NCBI GenBank assembly: GCA_045106475.1
Contig: JBGCEO010000093.1
Coordinates: 100 to 64,099, forward strand
Origin: Granulosicoccus sp.
Lineage (GTDB): Bacteria > Pseudomonadota > Gammaproteobacteria > Granulosicoccales > Granulosicoccaceae
DNA: 64,000 nucleotides
Direction of reading: 5' to 3'
Position numbers and translations under genes: made by a program. Below are positions 50,501 to 58,465 of this stretch, one piece after another; the first letter of the stretch is position 1; every line of letters starts with the position of its first letter. The notes under the pieces were generated by a model. It searched no databases. It worked only from the letters and a program-made list of their open reading frames with translations, and was not told the DNA's origin.

Positions 50501-52118
50501 TGGTTACTTGAGCAAAACGTTGTTTGAAGTAGTCATACAACATTCTCGGCTTGGTGGACATGACAGCCAAGGCTGCATCGTTGCCCATAGAACCTACCGG
50601 ATCACGCAATTCAGTAACCATCGGTTGCAGCATGAACTGAAGTGTTTCCTGTGTGTACCCAAACGCTTGCATGCGTTGGGTTAACGTCTCTGTATTGAGT
50701 CCGGGAGATTTGACTGCCGGTAGTTCACCGAGTTCGATACGCTGGTTCTTCAGCCATTGCCCATAAGGTTTCTGGCTTGCGATATCTTGTTTGATTTCAT
50801 TGTCCGGAATCATTCGGCCATTTTTGAAGTCAATCAGAAACATTCGCCCAGGTTGCAGACGACCTTTTTCGATAACGGTGGCAGGGTCAACATCAACGAC
50901 GCCGACTTCGGATGCCATGATGCATTTGTCGTCTGAGGTTATGTAGTATCGCGACGGGCGTAAGCCGTTGCGATCCAGAACAGCGCCGATGTAGTTGCCA
51001 TCTGTAAACGCTATTGAAGCCGGACCATCCCAGGGTTCCATCAGGCATGAATGATATTCATAGAAATCACGCTTCAGTTCGGACATGGTTGCGTGGTGCT
51101 GCCAAGCCTCTGGAATCATCAACATAATGGATTCGTGCAGTGAACGGCCATTCATCAATAAGAATTCGAGCACGTTATCAAAGGTACCGGAATCGGATCG
51201 GTCTGGTGACACGACAGGGAACAGCTTGTTAACGTCTTTACCGAAGGCTTTACTGACAACAGTACCTTCTCTTGTGTTCATGGAATTAACGTTGCCCAGC
51301 AATGTATTGATTTCACCGTTATGACTCATGAAACGATTGGGCTGCGCACGCTCCCATGAAGGAAAGGTATTAGTACTAAATCGCGAGTGAACCATTGCAA
51401 GATGCGTTTCGAAATCATCCTGCTGTAGATCAACGTAAAAAGGGAAGAGTTGATCGGGTGTCAACATACCCTTGTAGACAATGACTCGAGAGGATAGAGA
51501 GCAAACATAAAATGATTTGTCTTCGCTAAGCGCGTGCTCAAGCCTGAGTCGGTTGGTTGCTCTTTTGCGAATCAGGTAGAGTTTTCGCTCGAAGCTATCC
51601 TGATCAAAAGATCCTTGTTTGTCGGCGTCCATTTCGGACTGCCCTGCACAGATAATCAATTGCTGCATCGCAGGCATTGCCGCTCTTGCAGCAGTCCCAA
51701 TATCTGCACCATCCGGATCGGTTGGCAGGTCACGCCAACCCAGAAGCTGCTGACCCTCCGCAGTGATCTCCTCGTCGATGATGGCCCGACAGCGAGCTTG
51801 CTCCGAGCTATCGGTTGGCAGAAAGACAATCCCGGCGCCGTAACGCCCAGGTTCAGGCAGCGTAGAGCCAAACGTATCCTTTACGACCATTTGAAGCTGC
51901 TTGTGAGGCAACGCAGTAAGGATGCCCGCCCCGTCGCCAGTGTTTGTTTCGAAGCCGACACCTCCTCTGTGCTCCATGCAGCAATTCATACGCTGGGCAT
52001 CGCGAAGAATCTGGTTGCTGGCCCGACCTTTTATGTCACATACAAAGCCAATGCCGCAGCTGTCTTTTTCCTGGTCTGGATTGTATAGACCTTGCGCAGG
52101 TGGAAAATTTTTGTGCAT
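47520..52118 (-). CDS. gltB: glutamate synthase large subunit
   Basis: 1532 aa. It has an Ntn-amidotransferase Cys after a short propeptide (EKDSCGIGFV), FMN/3Fe-4S and synthase domains (GEGGE, KIIQGAKPGEGG), and the C-terminal beta-helix domain. Confidence 0.97.
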   Translation of the reverse strand: MHKNFPPAQGLYNPDQEKDSCGIGFVCDIKGRASNQILRDAQRMNCCMEHRGGVGFETNTGDGAGILTALPHKQLQMVVKDTFGSTLPEPGRYGAGIVFLPTDSSEQARCRAIIDEEITAEGQQLLGWRDLPTDPDGADIGTAARAAMPAMQQLIICAGQSEMDADKQGSFDQDSFERKLYLIRKRATNRLRLEHALSEDKSFYVCSLSSRVIVYKGMLTPDQLFPFYVDLQQDDFETHLAMVHSRFSTNTFPSWERAQPNRFMSHNGEINTLLGNVNSMNTREGTVVSKAFGKDVNKLFPVVSPDRSDSGTFDNVLEFLLMNGRSLHESIMLMIPEAWQHHATMSELKRDFYEYHSCLMEPWDGPASIAFTDGNYIGAVLDRNGLRPSRYYITSDDKCIMASEVGVVDVDPATVIEKGRLQPGRMFLIDFKNGRMIPDNEIKQDIASQKPYGQWLKNQRIELGELPAVKSPGLNTETLTQRMQAFGYTQETLQFMLQPMVTELRDPVGSMGNDAALAVMSTKPRMLYDYFKQRFAQVTNPAIDAIREEVIMALNCYIGPEGNLLETTEQHAHRLKLPHPILTNEELASLKQLDYRGWTSTVIDITFPSGSGKQGLVDALERIKSQAMQAIADGNSLVILSDRGVNDQKVAISSLLAVGAVHHHLNAKHQRSRIGLVLESGEAREVHHHCLLAGFGVDAINPYLAYEALWDARAQGRFDGIEHISNDQDIVETYKKAAGKGMLKVMGKMGISTLQSYKGAQIFEIVGLAQDVVDVAFIGAASRVNGADLEVIAQEMQRRHQLGFPSRDMPTTQVLPNPGDFHWRRHGDTHMWEPSSVASLQTAARSNNEDAYWKFAKQTNEENTRNATLRGLLKFNATVNGGSIPIDEVEPAAEIVKRFATGAMSFGSISAEAHETLAIAMNRIGGKSNTGEGGEDAKRFVPMANGDSKRSAIKQVASGRFGVTINYLSNADELQIKIIQGAKPGEGGELPGAKVDDYIAKLRHSTPGVGLISPPPHHDIYSIEDMSQLIHDLKNANPLARISVKLGAEVGVGTVAAGVAKALADHIVIAGDSGGTGASPLTSIKHAGVPWELGLAETHQTLVLNNLRSRVVLQTDGQIKTGRDVAIAALLGAEEIGLATAPLIALGCIMMRKCHLNTCPVGIATQDKELRKKFTGQPEHVVNYIFMVAKELRMIMAELGFRTFNEMVGRVDALEVDDALRHWKSEGLDLSALLTKATEPKDFLGAYQIHKQDHGLEKALDNTLIDLAQPALSSGKKVFHELALINTNRVVGGMLSNRIIRDVGPDMLADDTIHFKFNGNAGQSFGAWLAKGVTLEVEGDANDFVGKGLSGGRIVVYPPRVSSFKAEENIIAGNVILYGATSGECFLNGVVAERFCVRNSGANAVVEGVGDHGCEYMTGGRVVVLGSTGRNFASGMSGGIAYVLDTEGKLQERCNMDMVELESLIDDEDVREVQTLIEKHIGYTGSTLAQSVMSEWESHINHFVKVMPRDYKRVLQQQKAMKQSRAEELVTG

Positions 52119-52514
52119 GTGTTTCTAGCCCGTATGAAATGACAATGTTTGCTTTCGGGCTAGCAAGATGAATTGACAGCGGTCGAACTGTCCCTGGTGC
52201 TTGCTGTGAGTACAATGCACCGATTCGGTGAAAAACCAACCAACGCCTTTTGCGATGATTTACCGTGATACTAGCCCTTGGCAGCCAACCCGATCTCGCT
52301 ACTGTTGATAGTTTGTATTGGGGTAACTCTTTACGCCCAATAATCCAGTTGTACTAGCAGCTTGGGACCAGCTGACACTATACTGCAGTAAAGGCCTTCT
52401 TGGCCAGTGCAAAGATGTGAATACTCTAGCTATGTCACTGAAAAATAGTCATAAAAAGCCTCATAAAGGGCTTGACGAGCGCTCAATAGTAGGGTTGGCA
52501 CAACGCCGTTTGAG

Positions 52515-53459
52515 CTAGCGTCGAGCAGCTGCGCGGCGTTTTTGTAGACGTCCAGCCCAATCAGAAGTGCCGATGTAGCGAGGCACAACAGCATCCAGCG
52601 AGGTTTTCTGGCGTGCCACGCCTTCATCGCACACGCTGGGTGTTTGCAAAGACAGATAATTGTCTCTGCTAAATGGCTTGCCCGGAACAAATTCCATAAC
52701 CCGTGCCTGAAGACGGGCTGCCCAGTCGGGTAGTCCGAAGATCAGGCGGTTAACGCCAGCTGTATCGGCCGTATATTGGACCAGCTCACGCAGTGTGTAA
52801 TCGTTTGGCCCGGCCAGCTGAATAGTTGCGCCATTCGCATCGGGGTCGCAGATCGAAGAGATCATGCTATCGCAGACGTCGCCGACAAAAACCGGCGCCA
52901 TTCTGGCTTCCGGTACAGCAAGGGGGAATACCGGCAATGTTTTCAAAAGCCCGGCAAACAGGTTGAAAAAGGCGTCGTGCTCGCCAAAAATGACGGAGGG
53001 TTGAAAGATGGTCCATTCCAGTTCGGCAGGGCTGTTACGTACCAGTTGCTCAGCCTGGCCTTTGCTACGCAGATACTCACTGGAGCCTTCTTCGGCATCT
53101 GCTTTCAATGCGCTCATATGCAGATATCGCTGTACGCCTGCGGAATTACATGCACCGAGTACTTTTTCGGTGAGCGCCAGATGTGCTGAGCTGAAGCTGT
53201 TTTCAGCTTTGTTAGCACCTTCGTTCAAAATGCCGATCAGGTTGACAACCGTATCTGAACCCTCAAGCGCAGTGCTTAGCGCATCTTGATCGTGCACATT
53301 AACTTCAAGAATATGCACATTGGCCAGTGTTCGCATCTTACGTATTCGCTGTGCACGTCGAGTCAGAACAGTAACCTCATCGAAGACCTCTGCCAGCCTG
53401 TAAGTCAGTTGTGAGCCAACGAAGCCGGAACCTCCAAGCAGTGTTACGCGCGTAGACAT
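52515..53459 (-). CDS. NAD(P)H-binding NDUFA9-like / atypical SDR protein
   Basis: It has a Rossmann motif (LLGGSGFVGS). The length (314 aa) and layout match the complex I NDUFA9 subunit family. Confidence 0.7.
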   Translation of the reverse strand: MSTRVTLLGGSGFVGSQLTYRLAEVFDEVTVLTRRAQRIRKMRTLANVHILEVNVHDQDALSTALEGSDTVVNLIGILNEGANKAENSFSSAHLALTEKVLGACNSAGVQRYLHMSALKADAEEGSSEYLRSKGQAEQLVRNSPAELEWTIFQPSVIFGEHDAFFNLFAGLLKTLPVFPLAVPEARMAPVFVGDVCDSMISSICDPDANGATIQLAGPNDYTLRELVQYTADTAGVNRLIFGLPDWAARLQARVMEFVPGKPFSRDNYLSLQTPSVCDEGVARQKTSLDAVVPRYIGTSDWAGRLQKRRAAARR

Positions 53460-53775
53460 TATTAGTTGGTACTCCTTAGAGATCGAGTAAACGGCACAAA
53501 ATTACTGCTGCCAACAAGAAAATCGACTTAATGGTCACAAGCTTGTGGCCGGTGAGTAGGTAACAGCCTGGCTTCGTGCGCCAGCGCACAGACCTAACCC
53601 GTTATTTTGCCCCAAAAGTGGTCTTCTGCGTCAGGTTTTAGCAGTATCTTCACTGTTAGTGGCGTGGGCAGTAAATTTTTTATACCCCCGCAAATAATAC
53701 TGTGTGGCCAATTGTCGAACTTGCAGCCATAGTACCCACTCCCGCCATTCACCTGATGATGTCATAAATCTGCCT

Positions 53776-56730
53776 ATGTCCGCGCTTCCAGAGTTCGAGA
53801 ATCACGCTGACCAAACGGTCAAGACCACTACCTGTTACATGTGTGCCTGTCGTTGTGGCATCAAAGTGACGCTTGAAGGTAACGAGATCCGTTTCATACA
53901 GGGCAATCCCAAACATCCGGTCAACAAGGGTGTTTTATGCGCCAAGGGTAATGCCGGTATTATGAAGCACAAGTCACCGGCCAAATTGACTCAACCTCTG
54001 GTGCGCAAGGCAGGCACCGAGCGAGGTGCAGGTGAGTTCGAACCTATATCCTGGGAAAAAGCGCTGGATCTGTTAACGGAACGATTGCGCAAAATCCGAG
54101 CTACAGATCCTAAACGCCTCGCCTTTTTCACCGGGCGAGATCAGATGCAAGCGTTAACCGGATTTTGGGCATCTCAGTTTGGGACTATTAACTGGGCAGC
54201 ACACGGCGGTTTCTGCTCGGTCAATATGGCGGCTGGCGGCTTGTACATGACCGGTCAATCGTTTTGGGAATTTGGTGATCCGGATTGGGACCATGCGAAG
54301 TATTTCATGATGTGGGGCGTGGCTGAAGATCATGCATCGAACCCCATCAAGATCGGTCTGGAAAAACTCAAAAGACGTGGAGCAAAATTTGTTGCGATCA
54401 ATCCCGTACGAACGGGTTATCAGGCGATAGCGGATGAATGGCTTGGAATTAGACCCGGCACCGATGGTCTTTTAGCGCTGTCTTTCGCGCATGTACTACT
54501 TAAAAATGAACAGTTTGATTGGGAGTTTCTAACGCGCTATACGAACTCCACTCAGCTTGTTATTCATGCTCCAGGAACATCTGATCATGGATTACTACTC
54601 CGAGATGAAGATGGAGAACTGCAAGTGTGGAACCTTGCTACTGATAGTGTCGCATCCTGGAATGCCTCAAGCCATGATGATTCTGTAGAAGCGGCATTGT
54701 TTGGTGAATTTGTAACCGCTGGTGAGGCAGGCGGCATCACTGAAGGTGTGCGTGATTGCGTACAGGTAAAAACGGTCATGACTCATTTGGCTGAGAAGTA
54801 CCTGAGTGATGAATATGCGCCCGAGAATGTTGCGCAGACGGTTGGTATAGATGCTGCCACCATAGAACGTCTTGCACTGGAGATGGCTCATGTCGCCTTT
54901 AAAGAGACAATCACCATTGATACGCCATGGACAGACTGGACCGGGAGACGTCACGAACAGTTTGTTGGACGGCCGGTTGCCATGCATGCAATGCGTGGCA
55001 TCTCAGCGCATTCAAATGGTTTTCAGACCTGCCGCGCGATCCATTTGCTTCAGGTTTTGCTAGGCGCCGTAGACAGTCCCGGATCCCATTTGGCCAAGCC
55101 ACCGTTTCCAAGACATATTGCTCCTCCTATCAAACCTGCCAAGGCAATGGCACCGGATACACCCTTGTCTTCACCGCCACTTGGTTTTCCGATGGGGCCC
55201 GAGGATCTTGTGGTCGATGCTAACGGCGAACCGCTACGTATCGACAAGGCCTATTCCTGGGAGGCGCCGATTGCCGCTCACGGAATGATGCATATGGTGA
55301 TCAACAACGCTGTCAAAGGCGACCCCTATCCAATTGACACGCTTATCTTGTTCATGGCGAATATGTCCTGGAACTCAAGCATGAATACTGCTGAAGTACA
55401 GGGAATGCTGCGCGAAAAAGATGAGCATGGGGACTACAAGCTGCCATTTATAGTGACCAGTGATGCCTTTCATTCGGAGATGGTCAACTACTCTGATCTG
55501 GTTTTACCAGATACAACTTATCTTGAGCGTTTCGACACAATATCGATGCTTGATCGTCCTATTTCAGAACCGCATTCAGCCTGTGATTCTATACGGCAAC
55601 CCGTCGTCGAGATAGATCGTGATGTAAAACCCTGGCAGGAGGTACTCATTGATATCGGTACTCGCCTTGGTTTTCCGGCACTGACTAAGCCTGATGGTGG
55701 CGCAAAGTTTTCTGACTACAAGGATTTCATCACCAACTGGGAGAAAGCGCCCGGGATTGGTTTTCTGGCCGGTTGGCGTGGAGAAAACGGTGATGAACAC
55801 ATGGTAGGTGCCCCCAATAAGGATCAGTGGCAGGCCTATCAGGACAATGACTGTTTTTTTGAGCACAAGTTACCACCAGAACAGCGCTACTATCGATTTG
55901 CCAATAAGGACTATCTCGAATGGTCCAAGAGTGTTGGTTTTAATGGCCACAGTGGTCCTATTGTCATGGAGCTGTACTCAGAAGTTTTGCAGAAGTTTCG
56001 TCTGGCAGGGCAGGGCTTGTACGATGGACCATTGCCCAAACACGATGAAGACAAGCAACGCTTGATAGACTATTTTGATCCTCTTCCTGCCTGGTATATA
56101 CCGTTAGAAGAACAACGTATCGATAATGCCGAGTATCAATTTCATGCAGTCAATCAGCGCCCTATGTTTATGTATCATTCATGGGATTCACAGAATGCAT
56201 GGCTGCGACAAATCATGGCGCAGAACTATCTCTACATGAATCGAGAGCGAGGCCAGCAGATGGGTCTTGAGGACATGGCTTGGGTCTGGGTTGAAAGTCA
56301 CCATGGCAAGATACGCTGTCAGATAAAGTTGATGGAAGGTTGTAATCCAGACACGGTTTGGACATGGAATGCAATAGGTAAACAGAGCGGCGCTTGGGGC
56401 CTTTCTGAAGATGCACCAGAATCGCAAAAGGGGTTTCTGATGAATCATCTGATATCCGAGCTGCTACCATCGAAAGACGGAGAGAGAGGGCTGACCAATT
56501 CCGACCCGGTGACAGGGCAAGCTGCCTGGTATGACCTGAAGGTCAATGTGCGCATGGCAGCGCCAGGTGAGACCGGCGTTTATCCGAGTTTTGAGACAGT
56601 CAAACGTCTGCCTGATTTAGTTGAATCACCCCATTCATTGCAATACCACACTCATACAGCCGTAAACCTTGAAAGGTCGATGGAGGATGCGCTCAATCGG
56701 GGACACCTTTCAAGCGGAGACAAATCATGA
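53776..56730 (+). CDS. soeA: Mo-bisPGD (DMSO reductase family) oxidoreductase catalytic subunit without Tat signal, SoeA-like
   Basis: 984 aa from ATG 53776. The N-terminal 4Fe-4S motif is C-x2-C-x3-C...C (CYMCACRCG...LCAKG). No RRxFLK twin-arginine motif is present. It is followed by FeS and anchor subunits with overlapping stops and starts. Confidence 0.65.
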   Translation: MSALPEFENHADQTVKTTTCYMCACRCGIKVTLEGNEIRFIQGNPKHPVNKGVLCAKGNAGIMKHKSPAKLTQPLVRKAGTERGAGEFEPISWEKALDLLTERLRKIRATDPKRLAFFTGRDQMQALTGFWASQFGTINWAAHGGFCSVNMAAGGLYMTGQSFWEFGDPDWDHAKYFMMWGVAEDHASNPIKIGLEKLKRRGAKFVAINPVRTGYQAIADEWLGIRPGTDGLLALSFAHVLLKNEQFDWEFLTRYTNSTQLVIHAPGTSDHGLLLRDEDGELQVWNLATDSVASWNASSHDDSVEAALFGEFVTAGEAGGITEGVRDCVQVKTVMTHLAEKYLSDEYAPENVAQTVGIDAATIERLALEMAHVAFKETITIDTPWTDWTGRRHEQFVGRPVAMHAMRGISAHSNGFQTCRAIHLLQVLLGAVDSPGSHLAKPPFPRHIAPPIKPAKAMAPDTPLSSPPLGFPMGPEDLVVDANGEPLRIDKAYSWEAPIAAHGMMHMVINNAVKGDPYPIDTLILFMANMSWNSSMNTAEVQGMLREKDEHGDYKLPFIVTSDAFHSEMVNYSDLVLPDTTYLERFDTISMLDRPISEPHSACDSIRQPVVEIDRDVKPWQEVLIDIGTRLGFPALTKPDGGAKFSDYKDFITNWEKAPGIGFLAGWRGENGDEHMVGAPNKDQWQAYQDNDCFFEHKLPPEQRYYRFANKDYLEWSKSVGFNGHSGPIVMELYSEVLQKFRLAGQGLYDGPLPKHDEDKQRLIDYFDPLPAWYIPLEEQRIDNAEYQFHAVNQRPMFMYHSWDSQNAWLRQIMAQNYLYMNRERGQQMGLEDMAWVWVESHHGKIRCQIKLMEGCNPDTVWTWNAIGKQSGAWGLSEDAPESQKGFLMNHLISELLPSKDGERGLTNSDPVTGQAAWYDLKVNVRMAAPGETGVYPSFETVKRLPDLVESPHSLQYHTHTAVNLERSMEDALNRGHLSSGDKS

Positions 56731-57452
56731 AGCTCGGTCTGGTTATAGATCTGGATACATGCGTGGGTTGTCACGCCTGCGCAGTTGCGTGCAAACAGTG
56801 GAATACATCCGGTACCACCGGACCACTTAGCGACTATGATCCTTATGGTGCGGCACCCAGTGGCGTGTGGTTCAACCGAATTCGGCACTATGAGGTAGAC
56901 GAATACCCGAACAATAAAACTGTCAATGCCCCGATGTCCTGTATGCATTGTGAAGATGCGGCCTGCGTTACAGTTTGCCCGACTGGAGCTTCTTACAAGC
57001 GTGAAGAAGACGGTATTGTGCTGGTAGATCAATCAAAATGCATGGGCTGCAATCTATGCGCCTGGGCATGTCCATACGGTGCGCGTGAGCTGGATGAGAA
57101 TGAAGGTGTGATGAAGAAGTGCACACTGTGTGTTGATCGTATTTATGATGAGCAATTGCCAGAGGAAGAACGCAAGCCGGCCTGCGTCATGACCTGCCCA
57201 ACACATGCGCGGTTCTTTGGTGATTTTGATGATCCGAATTCAGAGGTTAGTACTCTGGTGCGCGAACGTGGAGGTTATTCCATGATGCCGGAGGTAGGCT
57301 ATAACCCGACCAACAAGTACCTTCCTCCTCGTCAACGTCCCGCAGCACCAACCGTTGAAAAGAAAGACGCAGGTAGTTCCGATTCCTTGATCGGTAAATG
57401 GATGAAACGTCAGAAAGATGCGTTTAATTCTTTTGGCAAAGGAGCAAACTAA
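56727..57452 (+). CDS. soeB: 4Fe-4S ferredoxin-type electron transfer subunit (DmsB/SoeB-like)
   Basis: 241 aa with four Cys clusters (CVGCHACAVAC, CMHCEDAACVTVCP, CMGCNLCAWACP, CTLC...CVMTCP). It overlaps soeA by 4 nt. Confidence 0.7.
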   Translation: MKLGLVIDLDTCVGCHACAVACKQWNTSGTTGPLSDYDPYGAAPSGVWFNRIRHYEVDEYPNNKTVNAPMSCMHCEDAACVTVCPTGASYKREEDGIVLVDQSKCMGCNLCAWACPYGARELDENEGVMKKCTLCVDRIYDEQLPEEERKPACVMTCPTHARFFGDFDDPNSEVSTLVRERGGYSMMPEVGYNPTNKYLPPRQRPAAPTVEKKDAGSSDSLIGKWMKRQKDAFNSFGKGAN

Positions 57453-58384
57453 TGCATCCAGCACTTTCAGTGATATTTTTTACGGTTACCGCTGGCGCAG
57501 GTTATGGGCTGCTTTTTTTGTTAGGCATTGCCCGCATTGCCGGAATCGGCCCTTCCATCAGTCCTGATCAAGTCACTATTATGGGATTGCTCGGGTTGGT
57601 GCTTGTAACAGCAGGCCTTATTTCGTCAACTTTTCACCTGGCCAATCCTAAAAATGCCTGGCGTTCGTTTACCCGGTTCAGAACCTCCTGGTTATCCCGG
57701 GAAGCCGTGTTCGCCGTTTTGTTTTACCCGATCTGCTTAATATGGCTGCTGTGCGAGTGGTTTATGGGTAATACATCGGCAACGGCTTTTTTCGCTTTGC
57801 TCACCTCTGCACTCGCCGTTGTCATTCTGGTTTGTACTGCAATGATCTACGCATCGCTTAAGACCATTCGTCAATGGCACACCGCACTTACACCACTTAA
57901 CTTCGTTATGCTCGGTTTGTTGCTGGGATCATTGATTTTGAGTTTGATGTTTGCACACCAGGGTCTTGCCACAACGCGCCTGCTAGCAGTGGCACTGGTT
58001 GTTATCGTACTCGCTGCACTGGCTAAAATAATCTATTTCTACTGGATTGGTCAGCCTGCCGGTCCAACAATCAATACTGCGCTGGGTTTCACGCGCGCCA
58101 CAGTGAGACTACTGGACGTAGGCCATAGCAGTGACACTTTTCACAACAAGGAATTTGGCTTTCAAATGGATCGTGTAAAAATCATCTGGTTGCGAGTTAT
58201 CAGTTTGACGCTTGCCTTTGCAGTGCCCTTGTTGCTGGTGGCCGGGATCTTTGGCAGCGTTGGCTTTTCCACGCTAGTACTGGCGGCTGTTAGTGCGTAT
58301 CTGGGTATATTTGTGGAGCGTTGGCTGTTTTTTGCCGAAGCCCGCCATGTGGTCAATCTCTATCATGGTACTCAACGAACCTGA
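57452..58384 (+). CDS. soeC: DmsC/NrfD-like membrane anchor subunit (SoeC-like)
   Basis: 310 aa with about 8 TM helices. Its ATG overlaps the soeB stop (TAATG). Confidence 0.65.
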   Translation: MHPALSVIFFTVTAGAGYGLLFLLGIARIAGIGPSISPDQVTIMGLLGLVLVTAGLISSTFHLANPKNAWRSFTRFRTSWLSREAVFAVLFYPICLIWLLCEWFMGNTSATAFFALLTSALAVVILVCTAMIYASLKTIRQWHTALTPLNFVMLGLLLGSLILSLMFAHQGLATTRLLAVALVVIVLAALAKIIYFYWIGQPAGPTINTALGFTRATVRLLDVGHSSDTFHNKEFGFQMDRVKIIWLRVISLTLAFAVPLLLVAGIFGSVGFSTLVLAAVSAYLGIFVERWLFFAEARHVVNLYHGTQRT

Positions 58385-58391
58385 TTAACGT

Positions 58392-58430
58392 AAAAACAGG
58401 TAGCACTCCATGAGTGCTACCTGTTATTTC
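58392..58430. terminator. bidirectional terminator hairpin (13-bp stem)
   Basis: AAAA, ACAGGTAGCACTC (58396-58408), loop CAT, GAGTGCTACCTGT (58412-58424), then TATTTCTG. It sits between the convergent soeC and DUF1501 genes. Confidence 0.8.
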
Positions 58431-58465
58431 TGTGTGTTTACAACCACCGCGATGTGTGTGGCTTT

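Noticed and set aside
48604-52088. Several 60-184 aa plus-strand ORFs inside gltB (for example 48604-49059 and 51534-52088).
   Set aside because: All are antisense to the 1532-aa glutamate synthase large subunit, which is continuous and carries all expected domains.
52430-53189. ORFs at 52430-52690 (minus, 86 aa) and 52776-53189 (plus, 137 aa) around the NDUFA9-like gene.
   Set aside because: They overlap the 314-aa Rossmann-fold gene out of frame or in antisense. They have no motifs and are probably spurious.
53704-53775. A GTG-initiated 24-codon N-terminal extension of the molybdoenzyme. Similar extensions occur at 4968-5057 (methyltransferase), 33955-34152 (GldG-like), 26441-26482 (rpoH), 28309-28386 (ftsE), 43982-44023 (cca) and 47446-47496 (gltD).
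   Set aside because: In each case the conserved family N-terminus begins at an internal start codon. The extension also overlaps a neighbouring gene or adds non-conserved residues. The soeA extension contains no twin-arginine motif.
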